A DNA stretch of 63,759 bases, counting the filler, from Octopus bimaculoides (lineage: Eukaryota), in assembly GCF_001194135.2 (NCBI RefSeq). It is 5 parts of 5 records of this genome, joined end to end, with 100 filler letters (N's around TTAATTAATTAA, not from the genome) between each part and the next. Parts side by side here need not be neighbours in the genome. Positions count along the whole stretch, not along the records: positions 44,105 to 59,724 come from NW_026324903.1; positions 59,825 to 61,419 come from NW_026436792.1; positions 61,520 to 63,759 come from NW_026314949.1; 2 more parts are not named here. One strand, given 5' to 3'. Position 1 is the stretch's first letter. The number at the start of each line of letters is the position of its first letter. Below are positions 51,303-62,850 of the stretch, piece by piece. The notes under the pieces are model-generated. The model was not told the origin of the DNA, made no database searches, and worked only from the letters and a program-made list of their open reading frames with translations. The position numbers and the translations under genes are program-made.

Positions 51303-51722
51303 GTGTGCATATATATATATAAACAACCGCAATAGTGGTTATCTAATCCTTATGCAGAGTTTGACCACCTCCTGTACCTACACCTTAGAACCATCATGGC
51401 ATCTGATGTGGCTTTTTAAACCAGACAATGTTGTGTGTTTGTGTCTCCTTGTCTTGACATTATATGATAGTTGTAAATGAATGTCACTGTCATACAAGCA
51501 TTGTCATTAATTTCCAATATTCTGCAAATCCCTGTCTGGCCGTGGAGAAATATTACCTTGCTTGGAACCAAGTGAGATCTCGTGACAGGAAGGACATCAG
51601 TCTGTAGGAAATCTGCCTCAATGAATTCCATCTGACCTATGCAAGCATGGAAAATGGACATTAAAATGATAATGATGATGGTGCTAATATATATATTATA
51701 TATGTGTATTTTTTCTTTACAG

Positions 51723-51837
51723 CTTGCAGATCATTTCTGCAACAGCATTGGTATTCTCCAGCAATGTGCTCCATCAAGTCCATTTCCAGGTTTTGAAAGA
51801 CCTGGTAATAAATCACCTGCTGAAGCCCCACAGGAAG
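51723..51837 (+). CDS. MED21: MED21 coding exon 2 (LADHFCNSIGILQQCAPSSPFPGFERPGNKSPAEAPQE)
   Basis: Polypyrimidine tract and TTTACAG acceptor ending 51722; donor G|GTGAGT at 51838; 115 nt, phase 1. LADxFCNxIGxLQQC is the MED21 motif. Confidence 0.97.
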
Positions 51838-52021
51838 GTGAGTTGATATGAGTAATAAATATTCTCTTTGACATGATACTGGTCTGTGACAGGATTATTT
51901 CCTAATTTTGATTGGTGAACTGAAGTAATTAAGTATATTGACTAAATACACAGGGAAATATTTTTAGTAGATTAAAACTCAATATGTATGAAGTGATAGA
52001 CCAAAACCGTATCCACTAAGC

Positions 52022-52213
52022 TAGTGTTTTTCTAAATGGTTCTGAGGAACCCCAAAGTTCTATAAGCAAATTTTATTTGCCATTTTCAGAATGATAAATT
52101 ATATGCTTTTTATTCGAATAAGTTTCTGTGTCCATAAAATATAGATATGGGTTCTGCAATTTCTAGAAAATTGTATGATAGTTCTGTGACAAAAGCAAGT
52201 TTAAGAATCACTG
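52022..52213. mobile_element. Decayed hAT-like MITE in MED21 intron 2
   Basis: TAGTGTTTTTCTAAA and TTTAAGAATCACTG are partly complementary ends. No clear TSD. Confidence 0.35.
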
Positions 52214-53219
52214 TGTTAAAGCATTTTTATTTCAATATTCAAGAATATTACAATAGAACCCTTGTTACTTAGAGAAAAGTGTCTTTGGAATATTATACAG
52301 AATTTAGCCAACAATGGTAGCAAAAACTAAAAAAAAATGTCTTGCATCTTTTTAGTATACTACTGAAACATCATAATATCAAGAGAAGTTCAGCTGTCGA
52401 AAGAATTTCTTTAAACTCAAGAATGTAAACTAATGAAATACTCATCATTTATACAGTGTACACAGCATGAGACTTCTAAATTCTCATGGCAGCTATTAAC
52501 AAAAGTAGATTAGGTCATGAAGAGGTTTTTGACACAGCACTGCACCAGTGTAAAGATGTAAATCACTGAACTTAACTTTGTTTGCTATTCTGTAATATTA
52601 AGCATGAAACTGATAGGAACAAATTCTGAGTGGCTAACAATGGATGGTTCTTAAATTTGAGCAAGATTAAGGAAATCTTAGAACTGACCTGAAAGAATAA
52701 AGACCAACAGTCAATGCTCTATTTAAAGTCACCACAACCATATCTCTCAGTATTTTAATAATTCATAATTGCATGCTAAAGGAGTCTAATATATATTTAT
52801 ATCTCAGTAGGTATAAGCTGTTTCCACCTCATATTTTTATACTGAGCCCCATTGATAGTAGCTCAATCTGTTAGAAATAGCAGTTAGATCTTCCACATAT
52901 TAAATGTCATTATACTAAGCAAGGAAAGATAGTCCTACTTACTTATATCTCTGAAAAAAAACCCAAAAAACCATTGACTGATTATGGCCGCAATACTTTT
53001 GATTATATTTTTATTCAAGGTTGACCTGGAGCTGAACAACCACTTGGTCTCATTTAAGAAGCAACTATCTTTAATGTTTCTTTCCATAATCAGTAAATTT
53101 ATGCACTAAAATAACCACTTGAGTTGTTTGAACTGCATGTTAGAAGCCAAGCCAAAAAGCAAATATTAACAATGATGATTGTTAAGGTATATTTCCAATT
53201 TCTGTTATGTATTTACTAG

Positions 53220-53320
53220 ATTATGCTGTCCTATTCTCCAAGCTTATTGCCAGAACTGCCAAAGATATAGATGTTGTGATAGATTCTCTGCCAAGTGAAG
53301 AATCATATATGGAATTACAA
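53220..53320 (+). CDS. MED21: MED21 coding exon 3 ([34 protein letters not shown])
   Basis: TTTACTAG acceptor ending 53219; donor CAA|GTAAGT at 53321; 101 nt, restoring phase 0. Contains the conserved [21 protein letters not shown] motif. Confidence 0.97.
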
Positions 53321-53492
53321 GTAAGTTCACCAAATAATTTATGTAGTTTTAGTTTGAATTCACATCAACCAGTATGTACTCTTTTGTCTGATATATGTGT
53401 GTGTATTTTTTTTTTTACCTGATTCGGTCATTAGACTGTGCCCATGCTGGGGCACCACCTTTAGGAATCTTAGACAAACTAATCAATTATAT

Positions 53493-53999
53493 CAGGGGCC
53501 ACCAAACTACGGCCTGTGAATCAGTTCATCTGGCCTGCCGCTACACTGTACCTTTGTAAGTACCTGCAATGAGAGTTCATTTGCTTCTGGTATGGCATCA
53601 ATGTTTGGAACAACTCATGTCTGTGAGCAAACATTTTCAAAGCTGAAGTGTGTGAAGTCAGCACATCGAATGAGGTTGACTGATGAACATTTGAAAGCAA
53701 ATCTCTTGTTTGAATGCCACATTTCCAAAGCGAATATTGATGATATCTTCAAAGCTAAACACCAGTTTCACAAATCTCACTAACCTTTTTTGCTGCTTAG
53801 TTTGTGAGATTCAGATATGTCTGCACTGGGTGCGATATAACCATCTTATTGCTTTCTTTGATAACTTTTTGGTAAATATGTTGGTTGTTTTTAAATTTTG
53901 TGTATTCACTGTATTGCATTGAACAAAAGGGTTATGTGGCTCATGCTTGTCATTCTCTCTGTTATCTAGCCTGCTGTGAAAAAAGTTTGGTAACCCTTG
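53493..53999 (+). mobile_element. 507-bp hAT deletion derivative in MED21 intron 3, retaining a dimerisation-domain ORF (53592-53783)
   Basis: TIRs CAGGGGCCACCAAACT and AGTTTGGTAACCCTTG; flanks AATTATAT and GACTATAT (6 of 8 match); ORF SMFGTTHVCEQTFSKLKCVKSAHRMRLTDEHL. Confidence 0.85.
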
Positions 54000-54057
<58 letters not shown>

Positions 54058-54656
54058 GGAGGGGAGAGAGAGAGAGATGAGTGTTTTTGTTGTCTTTTTT
54101 TATGCATGAAATTGGCAAACATTCACTGGATAAAGGACTTGCTACAAGTTTGGAGTCTGATATCTTAAATAATTTTAGGTTGTGAATTTGGCAGAAGCAT
54201 TTGAGGTTCGTCACATTCAGAGGTTCAAACCTTGTTGAGGTCAAGTTTGTCTTTTGTCCTACTGTCAGTCGACCTAGCTGTCATGCTTTTGAGGTTGTGC
54301 CTAGTCAAGGGTGTAAGGATTGAGAAAATATTCAACTTTGTTTGGAACTACATGAGCCCCTAAAACATGACTGAAGAAACGGTGCTAGCTGCTGTAAAGT
54401 CATATTCAGTTTGAGTAACTGCTGGATTATATATGTTCATGTATGTATGTATATGTCTAAATGTTATTTAACTACATATGTATCTTAATGTATACACACC
54501 ATTGACAGGCAAGTTACTGCAATGATGATGATGATGATGATATATATATATAAAAATGTATATATATATATGCGTAAATGTGTATACACCATTTACGGGT
54601 AAATTATTGTGATTTTTGCCTTCGATAAAATCTCTTGTGGACATGCTGTGTTTAAA

Positions 54657-54694
<38 letters not shown>

Positions 54695-54888
54695 AAAGGA
54701 GATGAAAATCGTTTTGACATTAGTTGGTGAGAATATCAGATGCATTTGTGCACGTTTGTCCACTACGCTTCCTGTACCAAATAGATTACTGAAATGTGCC
54801 ATTCTAAGTGAAATATTTATCAAAGTAAAAAAAATTACGATTTTAAACCTTCAACTTGAAAGCAATATATGTTGACTCAGAATAAATA

Positions 54889-55190
54889 TCACTTGAAATA
54901 ATAATCATTAGAGTTTAAACATCTTTGCCAACAAAAATCATGTCTATTCTGGTCACAGAATTCTAGAGCCTGGGCACCAATGAATTTCTTTAAAGGTATT
55001 TTGCTTTGCTGCTTGGTCATAGGAGACCATTTTTAGCTGAAAGTTATTGAGATGCTTAGAAAAGTGGTCAGAGAGAAGTTTGGGAAGCAGTTTTGTAGCT
55101 TACTTTATTCAATTTTCACAGAGTCATTTGTGAGATGTAGTCAGGCATTGTCATGGGGAATTGGTTTGTGAATTGGCCAGTGCTGGACAT
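54889..55190 (-). mobile_element. Decayed mariner transposase C-terminal fragment in MED21 intron 3
   Basis: Minus-strand translation across frameshifts gives HDNA, DHFSKHLNNF and WQRCLNSNDYYFK*, matching mariner LHDNARPH..DYHFFKHLDNF..RWQKC...G.YF. Confidence 0.7.
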
Positions 55191-55422
55191 AAATGATATG
55201 ATAGCCATAACTGGAACACCTTTTAAATATGTAGGTCTGTTCAGTCACAGCTGATCTGGGCAAAAATCACATACTTTCTAACTAGCTCTCTAGCTCTTAC
55301 AAAGTGTGTAGTGATGAGCCTAACATGTTGCTTTCTTTTCTTGTTTTTTCCATTTGCTTATTTTCCATTTACTTATCAGTATTTTATTATTTAATAATAC
55401 ATTATTCATTCTGTTGTTACAG

Positions 55423-55590
55423 CTGGCCAGCTTAAAGAAACTGGAAATAGAGAACCAAGATGCTGCACATAAACTGGAAGAGGTGGTGCACAAAGGGGAA
55501 CTACTCTTGGATCAAACTCAGCAGGCTTTGCACGACATCGCCCAATCACAACTGAAGAGCCAAGCATTGGAGAGCATGTTATTAAACTGA
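55423..55590 (+). CDS. MED21: MED21 coding exon 4 (LASLKKLEIENQDAAHKLEEVVHKGELLLDQTQQALHDIAQSQLKSQALESMLLN*)
   Basis: GTTACAG acceptor ending 55422; TGA at 55588-55590; C-terminal coiled coil with ALxDIAQSQL. Spliced CDS is 42+115+101+168=426 nt, i.e. 141 aa. Confidence 0.97.
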   Translation: MASLKKLEIENQDAAHKLEEVVHKGELLLDQTQQALHDIAQSQLKSQALESMLLN

Positions 55591-55644
55591 ACGACTGTTT
55601 ATCATTGTTGTTGTTGGTGTAAAGGGAATGGAATGGGCACTGCA

Positions 55645-55828
55645 TGGCAGAAATGGTAGTGTATTGGACAAAATGCCCTCTGTCTTGAGTTCAAATCCCT
55701 CCAAGGTTGACTTTGCCTTTCATCCTTCTTGAGGTTGATAAAATAAAGTACCAGTCAAGTACTGGGGTTGATTAAATCGACTATACTCTTCTTTCAACAT
55801 TTGTGGCTTCGTGCCTATGTTAGAAATC
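55645..55828 (+). mobile_element. SINE family B starting about 55 nt after the MED21 stop
   Basis: TGGCAGAAATGGTAG..GAGTTCAAATCCC..TTGCCTTTCATCC..GATAAAATAAAGTACCAG. Confidence 0.85.
55742..55747 (+). promoter_or_regulatory. Candidate proximal poly(A) signal of MED21, inside a SINE-B copy
   Basis: AATAAA about 150 nt after the stop, followed by a CA and GT/T-rich sequence. No transcript evidence. Confidence 0.4.
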
Positions 55829-55981
55829 TTTTTTTTGTTTTTTATTCTTTTTTTGTTTTGGCAGACGGAGATGAGAGAATTTCCTGAAACTTTTTTGCAA
55901 GTAAAATGATTGTCAAACTTTGTGGCCAGACAGTTGTTTACATTTTACAAGGTGATGTAAATCTGGCTTCTTCTATGAAGA

Positions 55982-55987
55982 AATAAA
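55982..55987 (+). promoter_or_regulatory. Candidate distal poly(A) signal of MED21
   Basis: AATAAA followed about 30 nt later by a long T-run (56017-56059) positioned like a U-rich downstream element. Confidence 0.45.
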
Positions 55988-56015
55988 TTATACTGTGAGA
56001 AATCTACCATGCCCA

Positions 56016-56049
<34 letters not shown>

Positions 56050-57332
56050 TTTTTTTTTTATAAATTTTTTAAAGCTTTATAATCTATTCTCTTCCTGTAA
56101 ATGCTGGGCTCTGAAAGCCTATTTTATCAGAATGCTGCATGCAGTACTTTCAAAAACCTAACAGAATGAGTGTATTAGGAACAAGGATCAATCAGTATAG
56201 GGAATACCAAAGTTGAGTAAGAAACAGCAATGTGAAGAATGAGGCTGTTTGTCACTGCCTGAGTCACCAGGGGCTTCAAGATAGCTAGTTTGTCCTATGG
56301 ACATCAAAAGTAAGTCATACAACACACTAACATATATGGTCCAAAAGTCACACACCAAAACATGTGATATTTTATTTATGTTATAATTTATTTTGTTCAT
56401 GTACAAGTATGTGTATATTCAAAATCATTTTATTCAATTTTGGTAAAATTGAAGCATGTCTTTGGCAATTCCAGAGTGTATTGAACTTATTTTATGCATG
56501 ACTTTTGGCTCACTCTGTATACTAAGGTTGTTGAAACATACTGATGAGCTTGCAACATGTAAGTATCTGAAAGCTGGAAGCACCACTGGGGGACTCATTT
56601 AAGGGTGACCTAGATAGATAAATGCAAGAAGTTAGAAAAAAGTAGTTCCCTAGTACTCATAACTTCAGTATCTGAGAAATTGGTGGAAAGAAGGAAGTAA
56701 GTTATTTTCAGATTGGAGATCTGGCTTGAATGGATTCAATTGAAGACACCCAAGAACCATGTAGTGTATTAGGCAATGGATGAAGTCTACCAACCAGAAA
56801 CAGTCCCTTCTGACTGTAGATGGAAACAACTGTATGGAAGCCTTAGTTCCACTAACAAGGCTCTGCTTGAGGACAGTTATCCAGAATTTTGTTCTATGCA
56901 GTCAAATCTGAAGTCGTGTTGTTGGAAAGCAGATTTTTATAGTATTGTTTATTCAATATACTAAGTCTCTTTCTGTTTCATCAACTGACTTTGTAACTTA
57001 TTAAAGAAAATTGTTTTCTATATATCTTGAGATGTTTCAGTTCAAAGAATAAATTTCTTTTTAAGGAATTTTATAAAATAGTTGAGTACTGTGAATTGTT
57101 TACAGCTGTATGTCAACCTGTATCAATGTTTATGTCTCCCCTTCTCTCTCTCTCTCTAGTGTTGTTGGTCTTGTATGAAACAAATTCTTGGATGTCATTT
57201 GTTTTCCTTCAGCTACTTCCTTATGTTTTACTTAGTAATGGCCCACTCGCTAATGTCTGTGTGGATTTTACAAACCAAAGTGGGTGGGTCAACAATACCA
57301 ATTGTCTCCTTAATAAATAGACACCTAATATA

Positions 57333-58405
57333 TTTCTATCTAGGTCATCCCACAGGATGCCCCAAAACTGTTGCCACATGTTTTTCCCATTCATCTTGAT
57401 CTTCCATAATGGTCCTCAACTCCTGTATCCCTTCCATACCAGCATCCTCTCGGAAGTTGTCGATAGAGGTCGCCTTCCTCTCCTCGTTCTTCCTTCTGTT
57501 GGTTACTAGAGCACGATCTTGTTAGCAATTTCATTCACATGTCTGATGTAGTGTCCAGCTAGTTTCATCCTACTATGCTGTACCTTCAATGTTACTTTTG
57601 GTAGTCCCTGGTATAAGTCAGCGTTTGTTGTATGACTCTTCCAGAAGTCATTGAGTGCCATTCTAAGAATCCTTGTGTAACAACCATCCAATTGCTTCTT
57701 CAATGCTTTAGTAAGCGTCCATGTTTCAGCCCTGTCTAGAAGAACAGACTCTACTGTTGCCAGAAACAACCCCACTTTCAATTTCCTAGCTAACTTTGAT
57801 CTCCATACCTTTCTCAATTTGTGGCATGCGCTCCAGGCAAGAGCTTTCCTTGCTATGATGTCTTTTTCAGTACATTGTGTCCATGCACCAAGGTATTTGA
57901 AATTTTCAACTACCTTCAGTGACTTATTGTCTCTCATTGACACAGGTATTTTGTGGTTGAACACTTGCAGCTCTGTTTTCTTTGTGTTACAGTACAATCC
58001 AACCTCCCCCAATACCTGCTCTAATCTGCTCAGCTCCTGTGCCCGATCAGTCCTCTCTGTTAGTAATGCCAGGTCATCAGCATAGTCTAAGTCAGTCACT
58101 GTTACTGCTTGATGCTGTCTTCTTCTTTACCTATACAATTTGAATCTCAGTTCTTCTTCCTTGCCCTCATACATTCAACGCATTACATAGTCCAGAATTA
58201 TGGCGAATAGATAAGGTGCTAGCATGTTGCCTTGTAATACTCTGGTTTTAACTAAGTATCCTGTCTTTCCATCAGGAGTGATCACTTTTGCTCTGGTGTT
58301 CTCGTACATCTTACTTATTGCTCTCAGAATTCTTGGTGGAATATCATATGCTTTAAATATCTTCATTATCATTCCTCTATGTACTGAATCAAAAGCCTTT
58401 TTAAA
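57333..58405 (-). mobile_element. 5'-truncated RTE-like LINE
   Basis: KKAFDSVHRG, VLQGNMLAPYLF, DLDYADDLALL, FKYLGAW, ESVLL..ETWTLT and RMKLAGH in ORFs 58175-58372 and 57506-58099. The 3' end is near TGACCTAGATAG. Confidence 0.93.
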
Positions 58406-58815
58406 GCCTCTAGCCAGGTTACTGAATGTTCCAGTTCAAATCAGTTACTGTAAACATATGTGAGTATAGAGATCATTATTTTTTTGTCCATGTTCTCACA
58501 GATGAGATTAATTTGCACCACTACGAGCTGTCATGGTGAGAAGAATGTAGTTAAGTATGGTTTTCTTGTTCATGTTGACCACGATGTGAGATGAGTTTGG
58601 TCATATTTTATACCAACACATTATTCACAAAAGACAAAGATCATTGAGAAAACTAAAAAGAAATGGTGTTTTAAGAAACTCCAAAAGACTTATGTTCCAT
58701 CATGTTCAGAGTACTTTGTTGGTCTTGTCATATCAGAAATGTAGTGAACTAATAATTGGCTTGTTAATCTACAACCAAACAGCACTATTCTGTCTATATC
58801 TACTCACTAAAATAT

Positions 58816-59185
58816 ATGTGCAGGCATGGCTGGGTGGTTAAAAAGCTTGCTTCTCAGCCAGGTGCTATTGTGTCCCACTGTGTGACCACTTTGTGCAAGT
58901 GTCTTCTATAGTCCCAGGCCAAGCAAAGCCTTGTGAGTAGGTTTGGTAGATGGAAACTGAAAGAAGTCTATCGTGTGTATTGTGTACCTTTGTCTAGACA
59001 TCACATGATAGTTGTAATTGAGAATCATTGTTATACAAGTGAAGTTGAGTCTGAAAAACATGTCTGGTCATAGGGAAACATTGTTTTGCTTGGAAATGGG
59101 TGAAGATTGATAACAGGAAGAACATCATGCTTTAGAAATATGCTTCAACAAATTCTGTCTGACTTATGCAAACCTAGAAAAGTAT
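58816..59185 (+). mobile_element. SINE with family A head and an alternative 3' tail
   Basis: An A-type head and middle are followed by GACATCACATGATAGTTGTAA..TTGCTTGGAAA..TCTGACTTATGCAA, the same tail as 51420-51680. Confidence 0.75.
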
Positions 59186-59206
59186 AGCAGAGACTCCAGA
59201 TAAGAA

Positions 59207-59279
59207 GATCTGAAGAAGGAATTGTAATTCCGAAATATAATCGGACTATAGATAACCAAATTACAACAGGTATATAATC
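59207..59279 (+). ncRNA. Possible hammerhead-like motif
   Basis: CTGAAGA-A-GGAAT(TGTA)ATTCC-GAAA. Stems III and I are possible only as weak AT-rich pairings. Confidence 0.25.
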
Positions 59280-59613
59280 CATTTTTTGTTCTATAGTGCA
59301 TTGTTTTACCATTCTAAACTTTTTATTCTTTAGAAAAGTAGATGTTAAATGATGATATATATAAAAATCCAACCAATTGCTTTTTGTACCAGCACTTCAA
59401 GTTCAATACATGACTGAAATTCCATCCATAATCTTCCTCAGATCATGTCAATCCCTGCTGATTTCAATGCAGGTGATACTAGGATAGCTGTATTTTCTGG
59501 ACCAATGATTTAAAGCATGTGCAGATAAATCATACTGCTTAGTCAAGTTCATCTTTTGTGTTTGATTTCAGGAATGATATCTATCTATACTAATATTTGC
59601 AAACAAAATGTAT

Positions 59614-59724
59614 AGTAGGAGTGGCTGTGTGGTAAGTAACTTGCTTACCAACCATATGGTTCCGGGTTCAGTTACACTGCGTGGCATCTTGGGCAAGTGT
59701 CTTCTACCATAGCCTCGGGCCGAC
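59614..59724 (+). mobile_element. SINE family A head running into gap
   Basis: GGAGTGGCTGTGTGGTAAG..GGTTCCGGGTTCAG..CTTGGGCAAGTGTCTTC. Confidence 0.88.
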
Positions 59725-59940
59725 NNNNNNNNNNNNNNNNNNNNNNNNNNNNNNNNNNNNNNNNNNNNTTAATTAATTAANNNNNNNNNNNNNNNNNNNN
59801 NNNNNNNNNNNNNNNNNNNNNNNNTTTTTTTTATCCCCCTAAACTTGAAGATTACCTATATATATATATATATACATATATATAAGTACGGAGTATATAA
59901 AAGAGCTATGGTCATCTATTAATATTGTATAACGTCATGA

Positions 59941-60154
59941 TGACGATGAGCTGGCAGACTCATTAACACGCTGGGCGCAATGCTTAGCGGTATGTCGTAC
60001 GTCGCTACGTTCTGAATTCAAATTCCGCCAAAGTAGACTATGCTTTTCAACCTTTCGGGGTCGATTAGATAAGCACTAGTTACGCATCATCGTCAATGTA
60101 ATCGACTTAATCCTAAAATCTGAAGCCTTGTGCTTCCAGTAGAAAAGAATATTA
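59941..60154 (+). mobile_element. SINE family B, full length
   Basis: GAGCTGGCAGA..GAATTCAAATTCCGCC..CCTTTCGGGGTCGAT..GCCTTGTG..AGTAGAAAAGAATATT. Confidence 0.88.
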
Positions 60155-60327
60155 TAAAACGCAAGCGAATGAACATTTGCTGGAATGTTGACAAAGAAAT
60201 TTAGTTTCTTTATTTTTTTTAATAAAATTCACCAATGGTTTCTGCCTCTTATTCTACGATATATATATATATGTGTGTGTGTTTGTATGTATGTATATAT
60301 ATATATATATATATATANNNNNNNNNN

Positions 60328-60366
<39 letters not shown>

Positions 60367-61377
60367 AACATGTTACTAAGTGGAGATTCAACAGGTGCAG
60401 AGAGCTCAGTGTTTCTTGTAGAAGTGTGACCTTTATACGTTGTTTAAGATACACAGTCAGTAGTTATATGTATTTTAATAAAGTACACGTTTGATTGTCA
60501 TCCAATTCGTTATACAAAATAAAACCAAAACGAAACAACTGCACATGAAGCAAATAGGAGCGTTAAACCACGAGAAAATAAATTGAGAAACGTAGCAAAA
60601 TGTCACCACGAGGTTAACATATTTGGTTTAACTAGATTATGTCCCTTAGATTGACAGAGCATTTTCAAAAGAATTTGCAGACTGTTTATTTAATATGAGT
60701 AAAATGCAGAATTTTGCCAAATGAATTGGACAGCAAGCAAGTTCGTACTTTTTAAGACTGTAAATAAGATCGTCCCAAGAAACTTAAGTAGCAAATTTGT
60801 GTATCTTAAGTGTAGTATAAAGATCTCGTTTATGTATGTATGTATGTATGTATGTATCAACAGCTATAAACTCATAATTCTTGAATGAAATTTAAACCTG
60901 TGATGGACTTCACAATATAATTTTCGTTATCTTATTTTTGATTTGATTTGATTCGATTCGATTTATAACAAGCCCTCCAACCAAGGCATGTCTGTTTTTC
61001 GTTTATGTCTTTTCTTTTCAAATATAATAAAAGGGATCAGAAATGAATTAAAAAAAAAAAAGAAAAAAAGAAAGAAAAAAACGTACAGCTTCATTTAGAT
61101 TCAAACTTTTAACGGGAAATATATATTGAAAAGATCAAATGTTGGAGTCTCGTTGTTCCAGCTGAGATGATGATATCTAGTGAACAGAAAGAATCTGCCG
61201 TATAACATCGATATATACACATATATGATAATATTAATAATATCAACACCAAAAATCATAACAACAATATTTGACTATGCTGCAGGAACGATGGAAGAGG
61301 GGAGATACTATGACCAAAATACAAAATTCTCCATAATTTACATGAACCAGAAATAATAACAACAGTGATATCTTTTA

Positions 61378-61419
<42 letters not shown>

Positions 61420-62534
61420 NNNNNNNNNNNNNNNNNNNNNNNNNNNNNNNNNNNNNNNNNNNNTTAATTAATTAANNNNNNNNNNNNNNNNNNNNNNNNN
61501 NNNNNNNNNNNNNNNNNNNAACAACAACAACAACGTATAACATAACACTAACAAATTATATCATTTATATATCTTTTATTCCCCTTTCTTTTTCTCTGAT
61601 GTAGTTATCTTTCAACTTATACTTGTCTCAGTCAATGAACAGTGATCATTCTGGGACTTGCCTTGAAGGGTTTTAGTCGAATAAATCGATCCGAGTACGT
61701 TACAGTTTAAATATAGTACTTATTTCCTGAATCTCGTATACACCCGCTCCAGCCAGAAATATATTGTAAACAATGCTCCCTTGCTAGTTACATATCTGTA
61801 TGTACAGGGTGCAGCGCCGCCGCACCGATAACCAGCTGGCGGAAGATCTGCCTGGGGTTAAACTAGTAGTAACATGGAACAGCCACTTTGATGTGGCGAT
61901 TAACTTTACTGGTTAGTATAGTTACTACACTGATCTTTTCGTGAGATTTTACAAATAGCTAATTTGCTTGTGTGTGTGTGTGTGTGTGTGTAGTGGTTTC
62001 AAGCAAGCATAGCGTGGATTCGATCCTCGATCGCCAAATTTCACTTAACAGTTCCACAGCACTTTTCTCACGGTAAAACAATAGTTTTTCTGTGAGTGAC
62101 AGCAGTTACATTTGCCAGATGCCTTCGCTAAGCAGAATAATATCTTTGCCACTTGACCCTTCTGACCTCTTCAAGGCCACCAAAAGCTACAACTGAGACA
62201 AGTACCACCAACGAAATCTATGTGGACCACAAGAAGGATTATGTAGAGAAATAAACCTCACTTAGTCACATTCCATGAGAGAAACTTGGTCAGCCTGCAG
62301 CGGCGGCTCATGTACAGGCACTGCAGACCTACAGCACCCCCTATTTCCACTCGATATTATCGATAACATTCAATATGAGTTCTTTTTTCTTTAAATATTT
62401 CTTTATACTTGTGCATTATATAATCCTTAAGCTTAATGTCAGTAGCCATCCCCTAGTCTATGAAAAAAAAAAAGAATACAAAAATCCTTGTATGGAATTG
62501 GGCGCTTCACTATTCTAGCGACACAGTTTTTGGC

Positions 62535-62850
62535 TGTTGTGCGCATGCTCACTTGGTCGAGATAGGAAGCTTCACGCTAGGGAGAGAGAGTCCTGCGTGA
62601 ACGACAGTGCTGACTCTTGCGTTCCGGTAAAAGGAAGTGTTTCGTTTTGACTCCGCGTGTGTTGTGCTTAAAATCGTGTTTATATTCTTGAATGCAATAA
62701 AGTGTAGAATTAGATTATTATCCTGCTTCCAGCTTCAGTGTTGCTGCCAGGGATTTGAAAAATAGGCCAGATTCACCCCCTTATTTTGTGATCTAGTGAG
62801 GNNNNNNNNNNTTCGCGGCGGTGTTCAGTGAATAAATTAAACACACTACC
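62535..62850 (+). mobile_element. Possible solo LTR (about 316 bp)
   Basis: Starts TGTTGTG and ends CACTACC (expected ..CA); internal AATAAA; 4-bp flanks TGGC and CGGC; CpG-richer than its surroundings. Confidence 0.4.

Noticed and set aside
56530-56620. CTGATGA..GAAA plus TGACCTAGATAG resembling the RTE 3' end at 57335
   Set aside because: Four extra bases break the hammerhead register, and the RTE similarity is only about 13 nt, too little to call either.
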